From an uncultured virus (IMG/VR IMGVR_UViG_3300008120_010307) (Duplodnaviria; Heunggongvirae; Uroviricota; Caudoviricetes), in IMG/VR virus record IMGVR_UViG_3300008120_010307: a stretch of 64,000 bases of DNA, one strand, 5' to 3'. Each line of letters starts with the position of its first letter. Positions within the stretch are counted from its first letter, which is position 1. The position numbers and the translations under genes were made by a program. This document shows, in pieces, positions 48,336 to 60,800 of this stretch. The notes beneath the pieces were generated by a model. The model was not told the origin of the DNA. It searched no databases and saw only the letters and a program-made list of their open reading frames with translations.

Positions 48336-49967
48336 ATGAATGACACAGTTATCTACAAAAAAGTTTTTCAAAGACATGTTTCGAGAGAAGCCCAAAACTA
48401 TTCCCTCATAGATAGTAACAAAAAAGAATATTACGACGGAGTCCACCCTTTTTTTGATTTTATATCAACATACAGAGACGAAGACACATTTAAGACTAAT
48501 CTTAAAAATCTTTTATTTACAATTATTCAAGACACTGTAACAATTTTGATTGAACAGAAAGAAGAAAAAATTTCTTTAAAAATTTTCCAAAAATCTTTTT
48601 CAAGAAAGGTTGGACTTCAATATTTTAAATTATATAAAAATATAAGGTATGTTACCGTCAACATGAAGTACGGTAATATATATTTTGGTGAAATGAACAA
48701 TTATCAGAATAAGAAAAAAGTCCATAAGAAAGTTCGTTCAAATTTCATCATAAATGATTCTTTCAAAACTTTCAGAACATCACTCAAGAACATAATCAAC
48801 GAATTCAGTGCGGACCAAAACACAGATGTTATAAACGAAGTATCTAGAATTTTTTTGGATAAAATAGACGGAGGCGTTAAAGGATTATCATTTGGAGATA
48901 GACTTTTCAAGTATTATTTAGATAAGAAACAAATAAAATACCCAAATAATTTTCCCTTATATTCAAACTTTCTTATTGGTAATTTCAGAAAAAAATTAAA
49001 AAAATTAGATAATAGATTGGTTGATACCTTCATGTTGATGAATGACATAAACGGAAAAAAATTAAAGAAAGTTCTCCATACTGCTAATCATCTAAATGTA
49101 TCAAACTATAAAGTCGGACTTAAACTATTCGGTTCCGATTGGATAAATCAAGATGAAAAATTATTGAAGGATATATTCAATAATCAAGTTAGTTTGGATT
49201 TGAGTGATAAACAAATATCACAATTTAATTTGCTGATTTGTCCTAAAGAAAAAAAGAGGGTTTTCCTTTTGTTTAAAACATTCAATTCGAATAATGAAAT
49301 TGATGAATGGACACTCAAAGACCACTTCCTTTTCTATATTCAATTGAAAAGTTTTGGGGAAACTGATATTGAGTGGAAATCTACAGATAACTCTGATTTT
49401 TTCAGAGAAGAGCATTTAGATTGGGTCAATAAGTTAGAACATTATAAGAATGGTACTTACAATAGAATTTATCCAAAAATTTATTATGAGGTAATTCAAA
49501 ATTTTCTAATAGGTGATATTCAGTTCTATCCTAAACTTCTCACTAATTCTTCGGAGTATAATAGTGAGAGTTCGATTCAAAGTAACTGTGTCAAAGGTTA
49601 TATTGGTAGAGTGAGTTCTATAATCATTTCACTAAGAAAGAATGATATAGATTCTAATGAAAGACTCACTATCGAATATAGAATTCATTATTTAAAAAAT
49701 TCAGATAAAAGTCATATAGACCGTGTTCAATGTTTGGGGAAATACAATAGCTTACCTGATAGTTCTTGGGATGAGCCTTTGAGAGTCTTGGATTCTCAGG
49801 TGAAAAAATTATTGAACGATTCTAATTTCCCTTTTTACAAACTAACTAAAGAATGTAGTAATGGGGTAAAATTCGAGTCAGATACAATGTTCAATCAGGA
49901 TGGTTATCTTGAATGGACTTACAAAGCTATTGATAATTCAGGTATGTCGGATTATTTTCTGTTTTGA
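48336..49967 (+). CDS. PcfJ-domain protein
   Basis: C-terminal ES..QSNCVKGY...IISLRK...RLTIE...QCLGKYN..P. Confidence 0.65.
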   Translation: MNDTVIYKKVFQRHVSREAQNYSLIDSNKKEYYDGVHPFFDFISTYRDEDTFKTNLKNLLFTIIQDTVTILIEQKEEKISLKIFQKSFSRKVGLQYFKLYKNIRYVTVNMKYGNIYFGEMNNYQNKKKVHKKVRSNFIINDSFKTFRTSLKNIINEFSADQNTDVINEVSRIFLDKIDGGVKGLSFGDRLFKYYLDKKQIKYPNNFPLYSNFLIGNFRKKLKKLDNRLVDTFMLMNDINGKKLKKVLHTANHLNVSNYKVGLKLFGSDWINQDEKLLKDIFNNQVSLDLSDKQISQFNLLICPKEKKRVFLLFKTFNSNNEIDEWTLKDHFLFYIQLKSFGETDIEWKSTDNSDFFREEHLDWVNKLEHYKNGTYNRIYPKIYYEVIQNFLIGDIQFYPKLLTNSSEYNSESSIQSNCVKGYIGRVSSIIISLRKNDIDSNERLTIEYRIHYLKNSDKSHIDRVQCLGKYNSLPDSSWDEPLRVLDSQVKKLLNDSNFPFYKLTKECSNGVKFESDTMFNQDGYLEWTYKAIDNSGMSDYFLF

Positions 49968-50302
49968 TGGATAGACACCAATATATTGTGAATTTAGAGA
50001 GAGATGGTAAATTTTTTTCTAATCTAAAATTTACCATACCTGATTTAACCATTCCTAAAAATTTGAAGGATAAAAGATATTTTCCGGTTTATTCGGAAAG
50101 AATTCTTGGTCCCAATAATAAAACAACCCTCAAAAACTACATATTAAAATCGGCACAAGGATTTTATTTGTGTTTCGATAAGTTGGAAAATGATTCATCT
50201 GAGGTGACTATTTATTTTGAAGAGAGTCAAGATATCGAATTACAATTTTTCGTAAATAATTTTTTAAAAACTTTCAAAAATGCAACAACTAACAACAAAT
50301 GA
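49964..50302 (+). CDS. hypothetical protein
   Basis: 112-aa ORF. Confidence 0.45.
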   Translation: MMDRHQYIVNLERDGKFFSNLKFTIPDLTIPKNLKDKRYFPVYSERILGPNNKTTLKNYILKSAQGFYLCFDKLENDSSEVTIYFEESQDIELQFFVNNFLKTFKNATTNNK

Positions 50303-50606
50303 ACTAAAAGAAAAAATCAATAACAGAGAAAACTTCATATTAGATTTATATGCTACGTGGTGCGGACCCTGTAAAATGATGTTGTTTAATTTAGATAAAT
50401 TAGAGGAGCATTTATCTAAAGAATCTGGAAATACTCCAAAATACGGAATTTATAAATTTGACATTGACTCAGATAGAGAATTCATAATGAGTGAGATGGG
50501 TATCAGAAGCGTACCAACAATCAAAATATTCAAAGAAGGAAAAGAAGTTTTTTCAAAAGCGGGAGTTATGTCTACTCTTGAAGTTCTAAATTTATTACAA
50601 AATTAA
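50280..50606 (+). CDS. trxA: thioredoxin
   Basis: YATWCGPCK, GIRSVPT. Confidence 0.9.
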   Translation: MQQLTTNELKEKINNRENFILDLYATWCGPCKMMLFNLDKLEEHLSKESGNTPKYGIYKFDIDSDREFIMSEMGIRSVPTIKIFKEGKEVFSKAGVMSTLEVLNLLQN

Positions 50607-50609
50607 AAT

Positions 50610-50909
50610 ATGTCAAAATTATCTGTTATAGTTTATACAATGAAGGGATGTCCTCATTGCAAAGACTTCAAAGAGTTATTAGTTAAAGAAGGAATCGAAT
50701 TTCACGATAGAGATATTGATGAATACGAGGAAGAGTATGATATATTTTCCAAAGTAACAGACAACGATATGATACCTGCTTTACTTGTCATAGAGGGAGA
50801 CCTTAAAAAACATGAATCTTTTTTATATGTTCCCGAAAAAAATTACAACGAGCTTACGGAAGCCGTAGATATTATAAGAGGACATCAAAAAAAATTAGGG
50901 ATTATCTAA
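50610..50909 (+). CDS. glutaredoxin-like protein
   Basis: VYTMKGCPHC, MIPA. Confidence 0.8.
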   Translation: MSKLSVIVYTMKGCPHCKDFKELLVKEGIEFHDRDIDEYEEEYDIFSKVTDNDMIPALLVIEGDLKKHESFLYVPEKNYNELTEAVDIIRGHQKKLGII

Positions 50910-51595
50910 ATTGAAATAATTCCTTTTATTTTCTTTTTTAAAAAATCTAAGTCTTTCTCATAAAAATTTAGTTCTTCGTTCCAATTAGATTCGATGACCT
51001 CCTTTTTGAATTTCTGAGCATTGGTATCTACACAATCTAAAAAAAGAGAGTTCAGAGTTTCTGAGACGGTGCCATCTTCCTCTTGAAATAAGATTTCTAT
51101 TTGACCTTTATCTTTTTTTATCGTTAGAAGTAATTTCTCAAAAACTAAATTAGGTGGTATATTGTATACTAGTCTTTTTGCAAAGAAATAAAGAAGTCGT
51201 CCCATTTCCAAAGAATAACCGAATGGAAACTTAGAACTAATGACAAGTTCGTCCGCCATTTCTAAAATTTCTTTTTTGATACTACAATTCTCTGAGTTAT
51301 AAAAAAAGCCTGAAAATTTTTTCACCTCTGATAGTTTACACCCATAGTCAATCAAATCTATGGTATTTAGAAGTTTCTTCTCATTTTTCAAGTCTGGATT
51401 TTTGGTATAAAATTCGTCTTTGACTTTGTTCAAATCTAATATTTCTTTAGAGGTGGTCTTCCCCTTTACAACGTAAAAATTTTCACAATCAACAACCTGA
51501 ATTATAGAATTTTCTTTGAATTGTATTTTAGATAAAATAAACTCTGAGAGAGAATTTACAAAAAATTCACGAGATGTTCTAGATAATATTTTCAT
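50906..51595 (-). CDS. hypothetical protein (weak resemblance to MetK N-terminal fold)
   Basis: 229-aa ORF; NSLSEFIL, VVKGKTTS..ILD, FGYS. Confidence 0.45.
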   Translation of the reverse strand: MKILSRTSREFFVNSLSEFILSKIQFKENSIIQVVDCENFYVVKGKTTSKEILDLNKVKDEFYTKNPDLKNEKKLLNTIDLIDYGCKLSEVKKFSGFFYNSENCSIKKEILEMADELVISSKFPFGYSLEMGRLLYFFAKRLVYNIPPNLVFEKLLLTIKKDKGQIEILFQEEDGTVSETLNSLFLDCVDTNAQKFKKEVIESNWNEELNFYEKDLDFLKKKIKGIISI

Positions 51596-51708
51596 CTTAT
51601 ATTTATTACTTCTTCAATCATAATTAATTTTTGAAAAATAATGAAGACTAACTAATATTTCCAAAACATTTAGTGTATTTGGATATTTATCATTAGTATT
51701 TAAAAAGG

Positions 51709-54700
51709 ATGGGAAAAAATATTTTAATTGTTCCGAGTAATTTCACTGAGAGGACTGCTAACCGTACTCCATTTATAAGTTATGAGGGTACCACGGGTCA
51801 GGTTATTCTGACGGTTACACCTTCAGGTAAAATTAAATTCAGCGGTAATACTGTTGGTGATACAAATTTGATGACAGTAGACCCTGCAAATTCTACAGTT
51901 TCAGTAAACACTATTTTTGTAGGAAATTACCTTGCAATAGGAGGGGTTCAGGTAATAAATGCCACAAACAATTGGATTGGACCCACAACAGGTATAGCTG
52001 GTTCTCAGGGTGCAAAAGGATTCAACGGAAATACAGGTCCTACGGGTGCAATAGGTAACACAGGAGCACAAGGTGCTATTGGTGCTGCAGGCGCCACAGG
52101 ACCTCAAGGTGCTCAAGGTACATTTGGGCCTAAGGGTGCTCAAGGAACTGCTGGAGCACAAGGAAATACGGGTGCTCAAGGTAACAATGGACCCAAGGGT
52201 GCCACAGGAGCACAAGGGTCAGCAGGTGCGCCAGGTAATACAGGTAACCCTGGACCTACAGGACAAAGTGGACACCCTGGTCCACAAGGACCAACGGGAG
52301 CCGTTGGTAATACAGGAGCACAGGGTGCGATTGGGGTTACAGGACCCACAGGTAATACAGGTGCTCAAGGACCTGTAGGACCAACAGGTGGACAAGGTGC
52401 TCAAGGACCACAAGGAGCTCAAGGTCCAAAAGGATTTTCAGGTGCACAAGGTGCAACAGGAAACACAGGTGGAACAGGACCCACAGGAAATACAGGACAT
52501 CCTGGCGCTCAGGGTGCTACAGGAAATCCTGGACCTACGGGTGTCACAGGGTCTCAAGGAGCCGTTGGACCCACCGGTGCTATAGGAGCTCAAGGACCCA
52601 AAGGAGCACAAGGGAATACTGGAAACACAGGGGCACAAGGAGCCACAGGAAATCCTGGTCCACAAGGTTTCACAGGTAATGTTGGTGCGGTAGGGCCCAC
52701 AGGTGCGATTGGTCCAAAGGGACCACAAGGACCTACAGGAAATACAGGTAATGTGGGACCACAAGGTGCCACAGGTACCACAGGCCCAACAGGTGATACA
52801 GGAGCTACAGGACCTGCAGGACCACAAGGTGCTGTGGGACCAAAAGGAGACACAGGTAATACGGGGGCTCAGGGTGCTGTGGGGCCACAAGGAGCAACTG
52901 GTCCGACAGGACTTTCAGGTGCTCAAGGTGCCCAAGGTGGGGTAGGACCGACAGGGGCTACAGGACCACAAGGAGCTCAAGGACCTGCGGGTAATACGGG
53001 TCATTCTGGTGCACAAGGTGCTACAGGACCAACAGGGCCTGGAGGTAACACAGGTGCTCAAGGGGCGGTTGGACCGAAAGGGGCTACAGGACCTCAGGGA
53101 GCTCAAGGACCCGCAGGTGGTACAGGTAACACAGGGGCTCAGGGTGCCACAGGACCACAAGGTTCACAAGGGGCGGGTGGTGGAACAGGTCATCCAGGTG
53201 CCCAAGGTCCCCAAGGAGCGATAGGACCACAAGGTTCACAAGGAGCCACAGGACACACTGGTGCTCAAGGCCCACAAGGTGCCACAGGACCACAAGGCTC
53301 ACAAGGGGCTACAGGACATCCTGGTGCCCAAGGTAGTCAGGGTGCGGCCGGACCAAAAGGACCTAATGGATTCACAGGTCATCCTGGAGCGCAAGGACCG
53401 CAAGGTTCAGCGGGAGCAACGGGTGCTCAAGGTCAGACAGGTCATCCGGGGGCACAAGGTGCAGGTGGACCTACTGGGTCTCAAGGACAAGGGGGTGGTA
53501 CAGGACATCCTGGAGCTCAAGGTGCCATAGGACCCAAAGGACCTCAAGGACCTACAGGTGCTACTGGCCATCCTGGTGCTCAAGGTGCTGGTGGAGGTAC
53601 TGGTAACGAGGGGGCACCAGGTTTCACAGGACATCCAGGTGCACAAGGTGCTACAGGACCAGGAGGTAGTCCGGGTGCTCAGGGTTCACAAGGTTCCCAA
53701 GGACCTCAAGGAGCTCAAGGAAATACCGGTCCGACCGGCGTACCGGGAGCTACGGGGCATCCTGGTGCTCAAGGAGCGGTCGGTCCAACTGGCCCACAAG
53801 GTCCGTCAGGTAATACAGGACATCCTGGTGCACAGGGAGCAACGGGTCCTACAGGACCTCAAGGAAATACAGGTGCCACGGGTGCTATTGGACCCCAAGG
53901 TGCGGGAGGTGCCACAGGCTCACAAGGGGCTGTAGGACCTCAAGGAGCAACTGGAGCCACAGGAGCCCAAGGTCCACAAGGTCCAGGTGGTCCTACAGGA
54001 CCTGGCGGGGCACAAGGTGCTCAAGGAGGAGGAGGTGCCACAGGACCTCAAGGACCACAAGGTCCAAAGGGACCTCAGGGTGCTACAGGTCCTACAGGGG
54101 GTCCTGGTCCAACTGGACCACAAGGTCCTCAGGGACCAACAGGAGCACCTGGACCTACAGGTGCCACAGGACCACAAGGTCCTACAGGTGGTCAAGGTAC
54201 ACAAGGCTCATTAGGTGCAACAGGAGGGCAGGGTGCTCAAGGTTCCCAAGGAGCTGTTGGACCTGGAGGTGTAACATGTCAACTGAATAGTATTATTGCT
54301 CTTACAGGAAGTAGAAACCCATGTGTAGGTGTTTGTAATATCACTGTACCCAACGTTTATCCATACACTCAAACTGCTTACACAGCCACACAAAACAAAT
54401 ATTTCGATGCTACGAATTGTTCAAATGGTACTTGTGATTGGAATACTTATAACTGGGAACAATGGAATAGTGCATGTTATTCATTAAACGCCACTTGTGG
54501 TAATGGTACCTATCAGCAGGCTTGTGCTTATTCTGACGTGAAACTTAAAACAGGTATTGAAACCTTGAAAGATTCTCTTATAAAAATATTGGAAATAGAA
54601 ACTGTTGAGTATGATTGGAACGAAAAAAATTGGGGTACCAAAGAAGAGTATGAATATTTTGCTCAGATGGGAAGATTACATCAGATAGGTCTAATTGCAC

Positions 54701-54870
54701 AAAACGTAAGAATTCATTTCCCTGAAGCTGTTGGAATCGGTCCTGATGGATATTATTACATTGACTACAAGAAATTAAATTCTGTTGTAGTTGAAGGTAT
54801 AAAAGAACAACAAGTATTTATTGAAGAGATAACTAAACAAGTAGACGAATTAGAAATTAAATTGAGATAA
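51709..54870 (+). CDS. collagen-like fibre protein A with Cys-rich tip and S74 intramolecular chaperone
   Basis: G-X-Y from 51991 to 54276 (254 triplets), then an 8-Cys domain, then SDVKLK..I...W...IGLIAQ...FPEAV...IDY. Confidence 0.9.
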   Translation: MGKNILIVPSNFTERTANRTPFISYEGTTGQVILTVTPSGKIKFSGNTVGDTNLMTVDPANSTVSVNTIFVGNYLAIGGVQVINATNNWIGPTTGIAGSQGAKGFNGNTGPTGAIGNTGAQGAIGAAGATGPQGAQGTFGPKGAQGTAGAQGNTGAQGNNGPKGATGAQGSAGAPGNTGNPGPTGQSGHPGPQGPTGAVGNTGAQGAIGVTGPTGNTGAQGPVGPTGGQGAQGPQGAQGPKGFSGAQGATGNTGGTGPTGNTGHPGAQGATGNPGPTGVTGSQGAVGPTGAIGAQGPKGAQGNTGNTGAQGATGNPGPQGFTGNVGAVGPTGAIGPKGPQGPTGNTGNVGPQGATGTTGPTGDTGATGPAGPQGAVGPKGDTGNTGAQGAVGPQGATGPTGLSGAQGAQGGVGPTGATGPQGAQGPAGNTGHSGAQGATGPTGPGGNTGAQGAVGPKGATGPQGAQGPAGGTGNTGAQGATGPQGSQGAGGGTGHPGAQGPQGAIGPQGSQGATGHTGAQGPQGATGPQGSQGATGHPGAQGSQGAAGPKGPNGFTGHPGAQGPQGSAGATGAQGQTGHPGAQGAGGPTGSQGQGGGTGHPGAQGAIGPKGPQGPTGATGHPGAQGAGGGTGNEGAPGFTGHPGAQGATGPGGSPGAQGSQGSQGPQGAQGNTGPTGVPGATGHPGAQGAVGPTGPQGPSGNTGHPGAQGATGPTGPQGNTGATGAIGPQGAGGATGSQGAVGPQGATGATGAQGPQGPGGPTGPGGAQGAQGGGGATGPQGPQGPKGPQGATGPTGGPGPTGPQGPQGPTGAPGPTGATGPQGPTGGQGTQGSLGATGGQGAQGSQGAVGPGGVTCQLNSIIALTGSRNPCVGVCNITVPNVYPYTQTAYTATQNKYFDATNCSNGTCDWNTYNWEQWNSACYSLNATCGNGTYQQACAYSDVKLKTGIETLKDSLIKILEIETVEYDWNEKNWGTKEEYEYFAQMGRLHQIGLIAQNVRIHFPEAVGIGPDGYYYIDYKKLNSVVVEGIKEQQVFIEEITKQVDELEIKLR

Positions 54871-57854
54871 TGCCATCTAATGTAATTATATATCCTACCG
54901 GTAGAACGTGGAACACTGACCCTCATTTTATTTTTGATGATGGAACTAATAAATTACAATTCAACGTTTTAACTGACGCAATAAGTCTGTCTGCTGGGTC
55001 AATTTCAAATAATTTTGTAATTGGTACAAAAGGTTCAGACAATGGTGTCACAACCTCAGGGGCTTCCGCACAGTCACTATATTTCAACGCCTCACAATTC
55101 ATAGGTTCTGGAGGTGTTTGGGTCGGACCAACTGCCGGTATCGCTGGTGCTCAGGGAGCTCAAGGTGCTCAGGGAGCCCAAGGTGGTCAGGGAGCTCAAG
55201 GAGCTCAAGGTGCAAATACAGGAGCTCAAGGTGCTACAGGTGCCCAAGGAGCAACAGGCGCACAAGGTGCGGCAAACACAACACAAGGTGCTCAAGGTAC
55301 AATTGGGTCTCAAGGAGCTCAGGGTGCCACAGGAGCTCAGGGTGGAAATACGGGTGCTCAAGGAGCCACAGGAGCTCAAGGTAACCAAGGAGCTCAAGGT
55401 GCTCAAGGAGGAACAGTTGGAGCTCAGGGTGCTCAGGGTGGTCAGGGAGCTCAAGGTGCTCAAGGTGCTCAAGGTGCAAACACAGGTGCTCAGGGTGCGA
55501 CAGGTCCCCAAGGAGCCCAAGGAGCGGTAGGTGCTACAGGAGGAGTTCAAGGTGCTCAAGGTGCCGTCGGTGCCACAGGTGATTTAGGTGCTCAGGGAGC
55601 TCAAGGAGCCAATACCGGAGCCCAAGGTGCTCAAGGTGCACAGGGAACTCAAGGTGCACAAGGTGCTCAGGGAGGAAATACTGGTGCACAAGGTGCTCAG
55701 GGTACTCAGGGTACACAAGGTGCTACAGGTGCTCAAGGAGGAGTACAAGGTGCTCAAGGTGCTATAGGTACTACAGGACCACAAGGTGCTCAAGGGGCCC
55801 AAGGGGCAAACACAGGAGCTCAAGGTGCTCAAGGTGGTCAAGGTGCTCAAGGAGCTCAAGGTGCTCAAGGAGGAGTACAAGGTGCTCAAGGGGCTACAGG
55901 TCCTACGGGGGTACAAGGAGCACAAGGTGCACAAGGAGGAGTACAAGGAGCACAAGGTGCAACAGGACCTCAAGGAGCTCAAGGGGCTCAGGGATTACAA
56001 GGTGGACTTCAAGGTGCCCAAGGTGCAACAGGTGCTCAAGGTGCACAAGGTTCTACAGGTGCTCAAGGAGGTACCCAAGGAGCTCAAGGTGCCACAGGAC
56101 CACAAGGTGCACAAGGAGCAATAGGAGCTCAAGGAGGAGTACAAGGTGCTCAGGGTGCAACAGGAGCAGCGGGAGCTCAAGGTGCTCAAGGAGCCCAAGG
56201 TGCAAATACAGGTGCTCAAGGCGCCACAGGACCTCAAGGTGCTCAGGGGGCGACAGGAGCCCAAGGGGGTGTACAAGGTGCTCAAGGCGCCACAGGTCCT
56301 CAAGGTGCTCAAGGTGCTCAGGGGGCTCAAGGTGCAAATACAGGAGCTCAGGGTGCTACAGGTCCTCAAGGTGCTCAAGGTGCTCAGGGAGCCCAGGGTG
56401 CCAGTCCAGGTGCTCAGGGCGCTCAAGGTCCAAAAGGACCTCAAGGTGCTCAAGGAGCCCAAGGTGGAAGTGCAGGTGCCACGGGTGCGCAAGGTGCAAC
56501 AGGTCCTCAAGGAGCTCAAGGTGCCCAAAGTGGTATAACAGGACAGGCAGGAGCTCAGGGTGCTACAGGTCCCCAAGGGGCACAAGGTGCTCAAGGTGGA
56601 AGTGCCGGTGCTACAGGAGCAGTCGGTGCACAAGGAGCTACAGGAGCACAAGGAGCCCAAGGTGCTAATCAAGGAGCACAAGGTGCTACGGGTGCTACAG
56701 GAGCTCAAGGTGCTCAAGGTGCTCAAGGTGCTAATCAAGGAGCCCAAGGTGCGACAGGTCCACAAGGTGCTCAGGGTTCACAGGGTGCACAAGGTGCTAA
56801 TCAGGGAGCACAGGGGGCTCAAGGAGCTCAAGGTGCTCAAGGTTCTCAGGGAGCACAAGGAGCCAATCAGGGTGCACAAGGTGCTACAGGTCCACAAGGT
56901 GCACAAGGTGCAATTGGACCAAATAATACGACACAAGGTGCTCAAGGTGCTCAGGGAGGTCAAGGTACTCAGGGAAGTCAAGGAGCACAGGGTGCTAACC
57001 AAGGCGCTCAAGGGGCACCTGGAGTTCAAGGAGCTCAAGGAGCACAAGGTGCACAGGGTGCTAATCAAGGGGCTCAGGGAGCACCTGGAGTTCAAGGAGC
57101 TCAAGGTGCTCAAGGTTCTCAAAGTGCTACTTCGGGAGCACAAGGTTCTACAGGACCTCAAGGTGCTCAAGGTTCTACAGGACCCGGTCCTGGTCCGCAA
57201 GGAGCCCAAGGTCCACAAGGATTGACTGGAGGTGGAGGGAACACAGGTGCACAAGGGTCCCAAGGAGCTACAGGAGCCACGGGTCCTACAGGTGCTCCTG
57301 GTGGAACAGGAGCCACAGGTGCTCAAGGAGCCACAGGATTTGCTGGAAGCACTCAGGGTGCTCCAGGTGTACCAGGACCACAGGGGGCTCAAGGTCCGAC
57401 AGGTGTTGGTGGTGCCACAGGCCCAACAGGCCCAACAGGTTTCAAGGGGAATACAGGCCCAACAGGCCCAACAGGTGCCACAGGTGCTCAGGGAGCACAA
57501 GGCGCTAAGTCAGATAAAAGATTAAAAGATAATATAGTTGAATTCAAAGAACCTCTCACCCGTCTGAAACAAATCCAAGGTGTTAAATTTACTTGGGACC
57601 ATGAACATCCTAAAATTAAATTTCATAAGCACCTGAATGCTAAAGAAGCGTTCACAGGTGATACTTATGGATTCATAGCTCAAGATGTAGAAAAAGTATT
57701 TCCTGAGATTGTTGACACTGACCCAACTGATGGATACAAATCTATGGATTATGGACTCTTGGTTAGTTTAGCCTTCGCATCAATTAAAGAGAATCAAAAA
57801 AGAATATTGTCAGTGAAAGATAGAATAAATAGATTAAAACAAGTAGTGAACTAA
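54870..57854 (+). CDS. collagen-like fibre protein B with periodic interruptions and S74 chaperone
   Basis: Repeat region 55137-57509 with a 22-aa period; SDKRLKDNI...GVKFTW...[16 protein letters not shown]. Confidence 0.9.
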   Translation: MPSNVIIYPTGRTWNTDPHFIFDDGTNKLQFNVLTDAISLSAGSISNNFVIGTKGSDNGVTTSGASAQSLYFNASQFIGSGGVWVGPTAGIAGAQGAQGAQGAQGGQGAQGAQGANTGAQGATGAQGATGAQGAANTTQGAQGTIGSQGAQGATGAQGGNTGAQGATGAQGNQGAQGAQGGTVGAQGAQGGQGAQGAQGAQGANTGAQGATGPQGAQGAVGATGGVQGAQGAVGATGDLGAQGAQGANTGAQGAQGAQGTQGAQGAQGGNTGAQGAQGTQGTQGATGAQGGVQGAQGAIGTTGPQGAQGAQGANTGAQGAQGGQGAQGAQGAQGGVQGAQGATGPTGVQGAQGAQGGVQGAQGATGPQGAQGAQGLQGGLQGAQGATGAQGAQGSTGAQGGTQGAQGATGPQGAQGAIGAQGGVQGAQGATGAAGAQGAQGAQGANTGAQGATGPQGAQGATGAQGGVQGAQGATGPQGAQGAQGAQGANTGAQGATGPQGAQGAQGAQGASPGAQGAQGPKGPQGAQGAQGGSAGATGAQGATGPQGAQGAQSGITGQAGAQGATGPQGAQGAQGGSAGATGAVGAQGATGAQGAQGANQGAQGATGATGAQGAQGAQGANQGAQGATGPQGAQGSQGAQGANQGAQGAQGAQGAQGSQGAQGANQGAQGATGPQGAQGAIGPNNTTQGAQGAQGGQGTQGSQGAQGANQGAQGAPGVQGAQGAQGAQGANQGAQGAPGVQGAQGAQGSQSATSGAQGSTGPQGAQGSTGPGPGPQGAQGPQGLTGGGGNTGAQGSQGATGATGPTGAPGGTGATGAQGATGFAGSTQGAPGVPGPQGAQGPTGVGGATGPTGPTGFKGNTGPTGPTGATGAQGAQGAKSDKRLKDNIVEFKEPLTRLKQIQGVKFTWDHEHPKIKFHKHLNAKEAFTGDTYGFIAQDVEKVFPEIVDTDPTDGYKSMDYGLLVSLAFASIKENQKRILSVKDRINRLKQVVN

Positions 57855-60800
57855 TGGCATCATACGTAGTATATTCAGGGACGAGTTATCTAAATGCGTG
57901 TAATTCTGTGGCATCACAGACTATTTATACACCGTGTCCATCACTAAGTGGAGGTTGTGTAGTCTATACAGATGCAGGTTATACTAATGTTATTACTTTC
58001 TCTCCATTATTACCTAATTTATATCTAAAGGATTCTGTTGATACAACGGTTTGGAAGATAAATAGGACAGGAACTGTCACGGAGGTTAGAAAATGTACTG
58101 AATTTTCAGGTGATGAAAATATAATTGTTTATCCTGATGGAGCCAATTTTCAACTTATAGATTCTGGAGGAACTGCCACTAACTGGTATATGGAGAATGG
58201 TGAGTTGAAATTTGGAACTTTAACTTCCACTTTAGCAAGAATAAGTACTTCCTATCCAAACCTCAGAGTCAGTGGGGGGTCAATAACACTTACTAACAAA
58301 CTTGCAAATGCCTCGGGAGATTTAATAAATTCAACAGGATGGGTCGGAGCTAAATTACCTCAAGGTCCAACGGGTGCTCAAGGTTCACAAGGTTCTACTG
58401 GTGCTCAAGGAGCTCAAGGGGGTCAAGGAGCACAGGGTACCCAAGGTTCAACAGGTGCCCAAGGTTCTCAGGGTGCTCAAGGGGGACAAGGTGCTCAAGG
58501 TGCTCAAGGGTCACAAGGACCTACAGGTGCACAAGGTTCACAAGGTGGTCAAGGTTCACAAGGCTCACAAGGTTTTACAGGTGCTCAGGGTTCACAAGGA
58601 GCTCAAGGAGGACAAGGTGCTCAGGGTTCACAAGGAACTTTGGGACCCACAGGAGCTCAAGGTTCTCAAGGTGGTCAAGGAGCCCAAGGAGCCCAAGGTT
58701 CAACAGGTGCTCAAGGTTCGCAAGGAGCACAGGGTGGACAGGGCGCTCAAGGTTCACAAGGGGCTAAAGGTCTCACAGGTGCTCAAGGGGCACAAGGTGG
58801 ACAAGGTGCCCAAGGTGCTCAAGGTTCCCAAGGTACAACAGGAGCCCAAGGTTCCCAAGGGGGACAAGGTGCTCAAGGTGCTCAAGGCGCAGTTGGTCCT
58901 ACAGGTGCTCAAGGAGCTCAGGGTGGACAAGGGGCTCAAGGAGCTCAAGGGGCTGTCGGTCTCACAGGAGCTCAAGGAGCTCAAGGTGGGCAAGGTGCTC
59001 AAGGAGCACAAGGGGCTCTCGGTCCTACAGGAGCTCAAGGTTCCCAAGGTGGACAGGGTGCTCAAGGAGCACAAGGTTCACAAGGTTTAACAGGTGCGCA
59101 AGGGTCCCAAGGTGGTCAAGGAGCTCAAGGAGCTCAGGGAGGACAAGGTGCTCAAGGTGCCCAAGGTCCTAAAGGTCCACAAGGTGCTCAAGGAGCCCAA
59201 GGTGCTCAAGGTTCAACAGGAGCCCAAGGTTCCCAAGGTGGAACAGGAGCCCAAGGTGCTCAAGGTTCAACAGGAGCCCAAGGTTCACAAGGTTCACAAG
59301 GTGGAACAGGAGCCCAAGGTGCTCAAGGTTCAACAGGAGCCCAAGGTTCACAAGGTTCCCAAGGAGGACAAGGTGCCCAAGGGGCTCAAGGTACAACAGG
59401 TGCCCAAGGAGCTCAAGGAGCTACAGGAGGTCAAGGTGCTCAGGGTTCTCAAGGACCCACAGGAGCCCAAGGTTCTCAAGGTGCCGGAGGAGGACAAGGT
59501 GCACAAGGAGCTCAAGGTATAGTTGGAGCCCAAGGTGCTCAAGGTGGAGGTGGAGGACAGGGTGCACAAGGAGCACAAGGAACGACAGGTCCCGTAGGTG
59601 CACAAGGTTCACAAGGTGGGCAAGGTGCTCAAGGTTCCCAAGGTGCACAAGGTGCCACAGGAGCTCAAGGTTCTCAGGGCGTCGCCGGAGCTCAAGGTGC
59701 TCAAGGTGCTCAAGGAGCTGTTGGTAGTCAAGGTTCACAAGGAGGACAGGGTGCACAAGGAGCTCAAGGTTCACAAGGAGCTCAAGGTGCAACTGGTCCT
59801 GGTGGCGGACAAGGTGCTCAGGGAGCACAAGGAGCCACAGGTTCACAAGGTGCTCAAGGTGGAGGTGGTGGACAAGGTGCCCAAGGTGCTCAAGGGCCCG
59901 TCGGTTCACAAGGTTTTCAAGGAACAACTGGAGGTCAAGGTGCACAAGGTGCGCAAGGACCTACTGGACCTACAGGTATCACAGGACCTAAAGGGGGTCA
60001 AGGTGCACAAGGTGCTCAGGGAGGACAAGGTGCACAGGGACCACAAGGTCATATCGGTGCAAACGGTGCAACTGGTGTTCCTGGTCCTATTGGTCCCAAA
60101 GGACCTACGGGTCCTACGGGAGGTCAAGGTGCTCAAGGAGCTCAAGGACCTGGTGGTGCTCAAGGGGCTCAAGGTCCTACGGGAGGTCAAGGTGCTCAAG
60201 GAGCTCAAGGACCTGGTGGTGCTCAAGGGGCTCAAGGTCCTACGGGAGGTCAAGGTGCCCAAGGTCCCAAAGGTCCAATAGGTGGACAAGGTTCTCAAGG
60301 TCCCACAGGGGCTCAGGGTACCGCCGGAGGACAAGGTTCTCAAGGCGGTGGTGGTGCCCAAGGTGCTCAAGGTGCTCAAGGTCCGCAAGGAGGCCAAGGT
60401 GCTCAAGGCGGTGGTGGTGCCACAGGAGCTCAAGGACCTCAGGGGGGTCAAGGTGCCCAAGGACCACAAGGTGGTCAAGGTCCACAAGGTGCACAAGGTG
60501 CAACCGGTCCAAATGGTTTACAAGGTGCTCAAGGTGCACAAGGTACCACTGGTTCTGACCTAAGATTAAAAAAGGACGTAAAAGAAATACAATCCCCACT
60601 AGAAAAAGTCCTGAAATTGAGAGGTGTTTCATTCTATTGGAATAAATTAAATGATGAAACATCCCAATCAGGTAAACATGATATTGGATTCATTGCCCAA
60701 GAAATAGGTCATATATTACCTGAATTGGTTTTCAAGAAAAACACCGAGAACGCATATTTCATGGTAAAATATGCTGAAGTAATAGCTGTTTGTTTAGAAG

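Noticed and set aside
51991..60550. CRISPR-like or satellite appearance of the repeats
   Set aside because: The repeats are in-frame, vary at third codon positions and have no unique spacers; they are protein-coding.
51901..60662. Dozens of alternative-frame and antisense ORFs (VLKVLKE..., STLSTL..., HLEHLE...)
   Set aside because: They arise from stop-poor GGW-GCW-CAA collagen codons; no independent coding signal.
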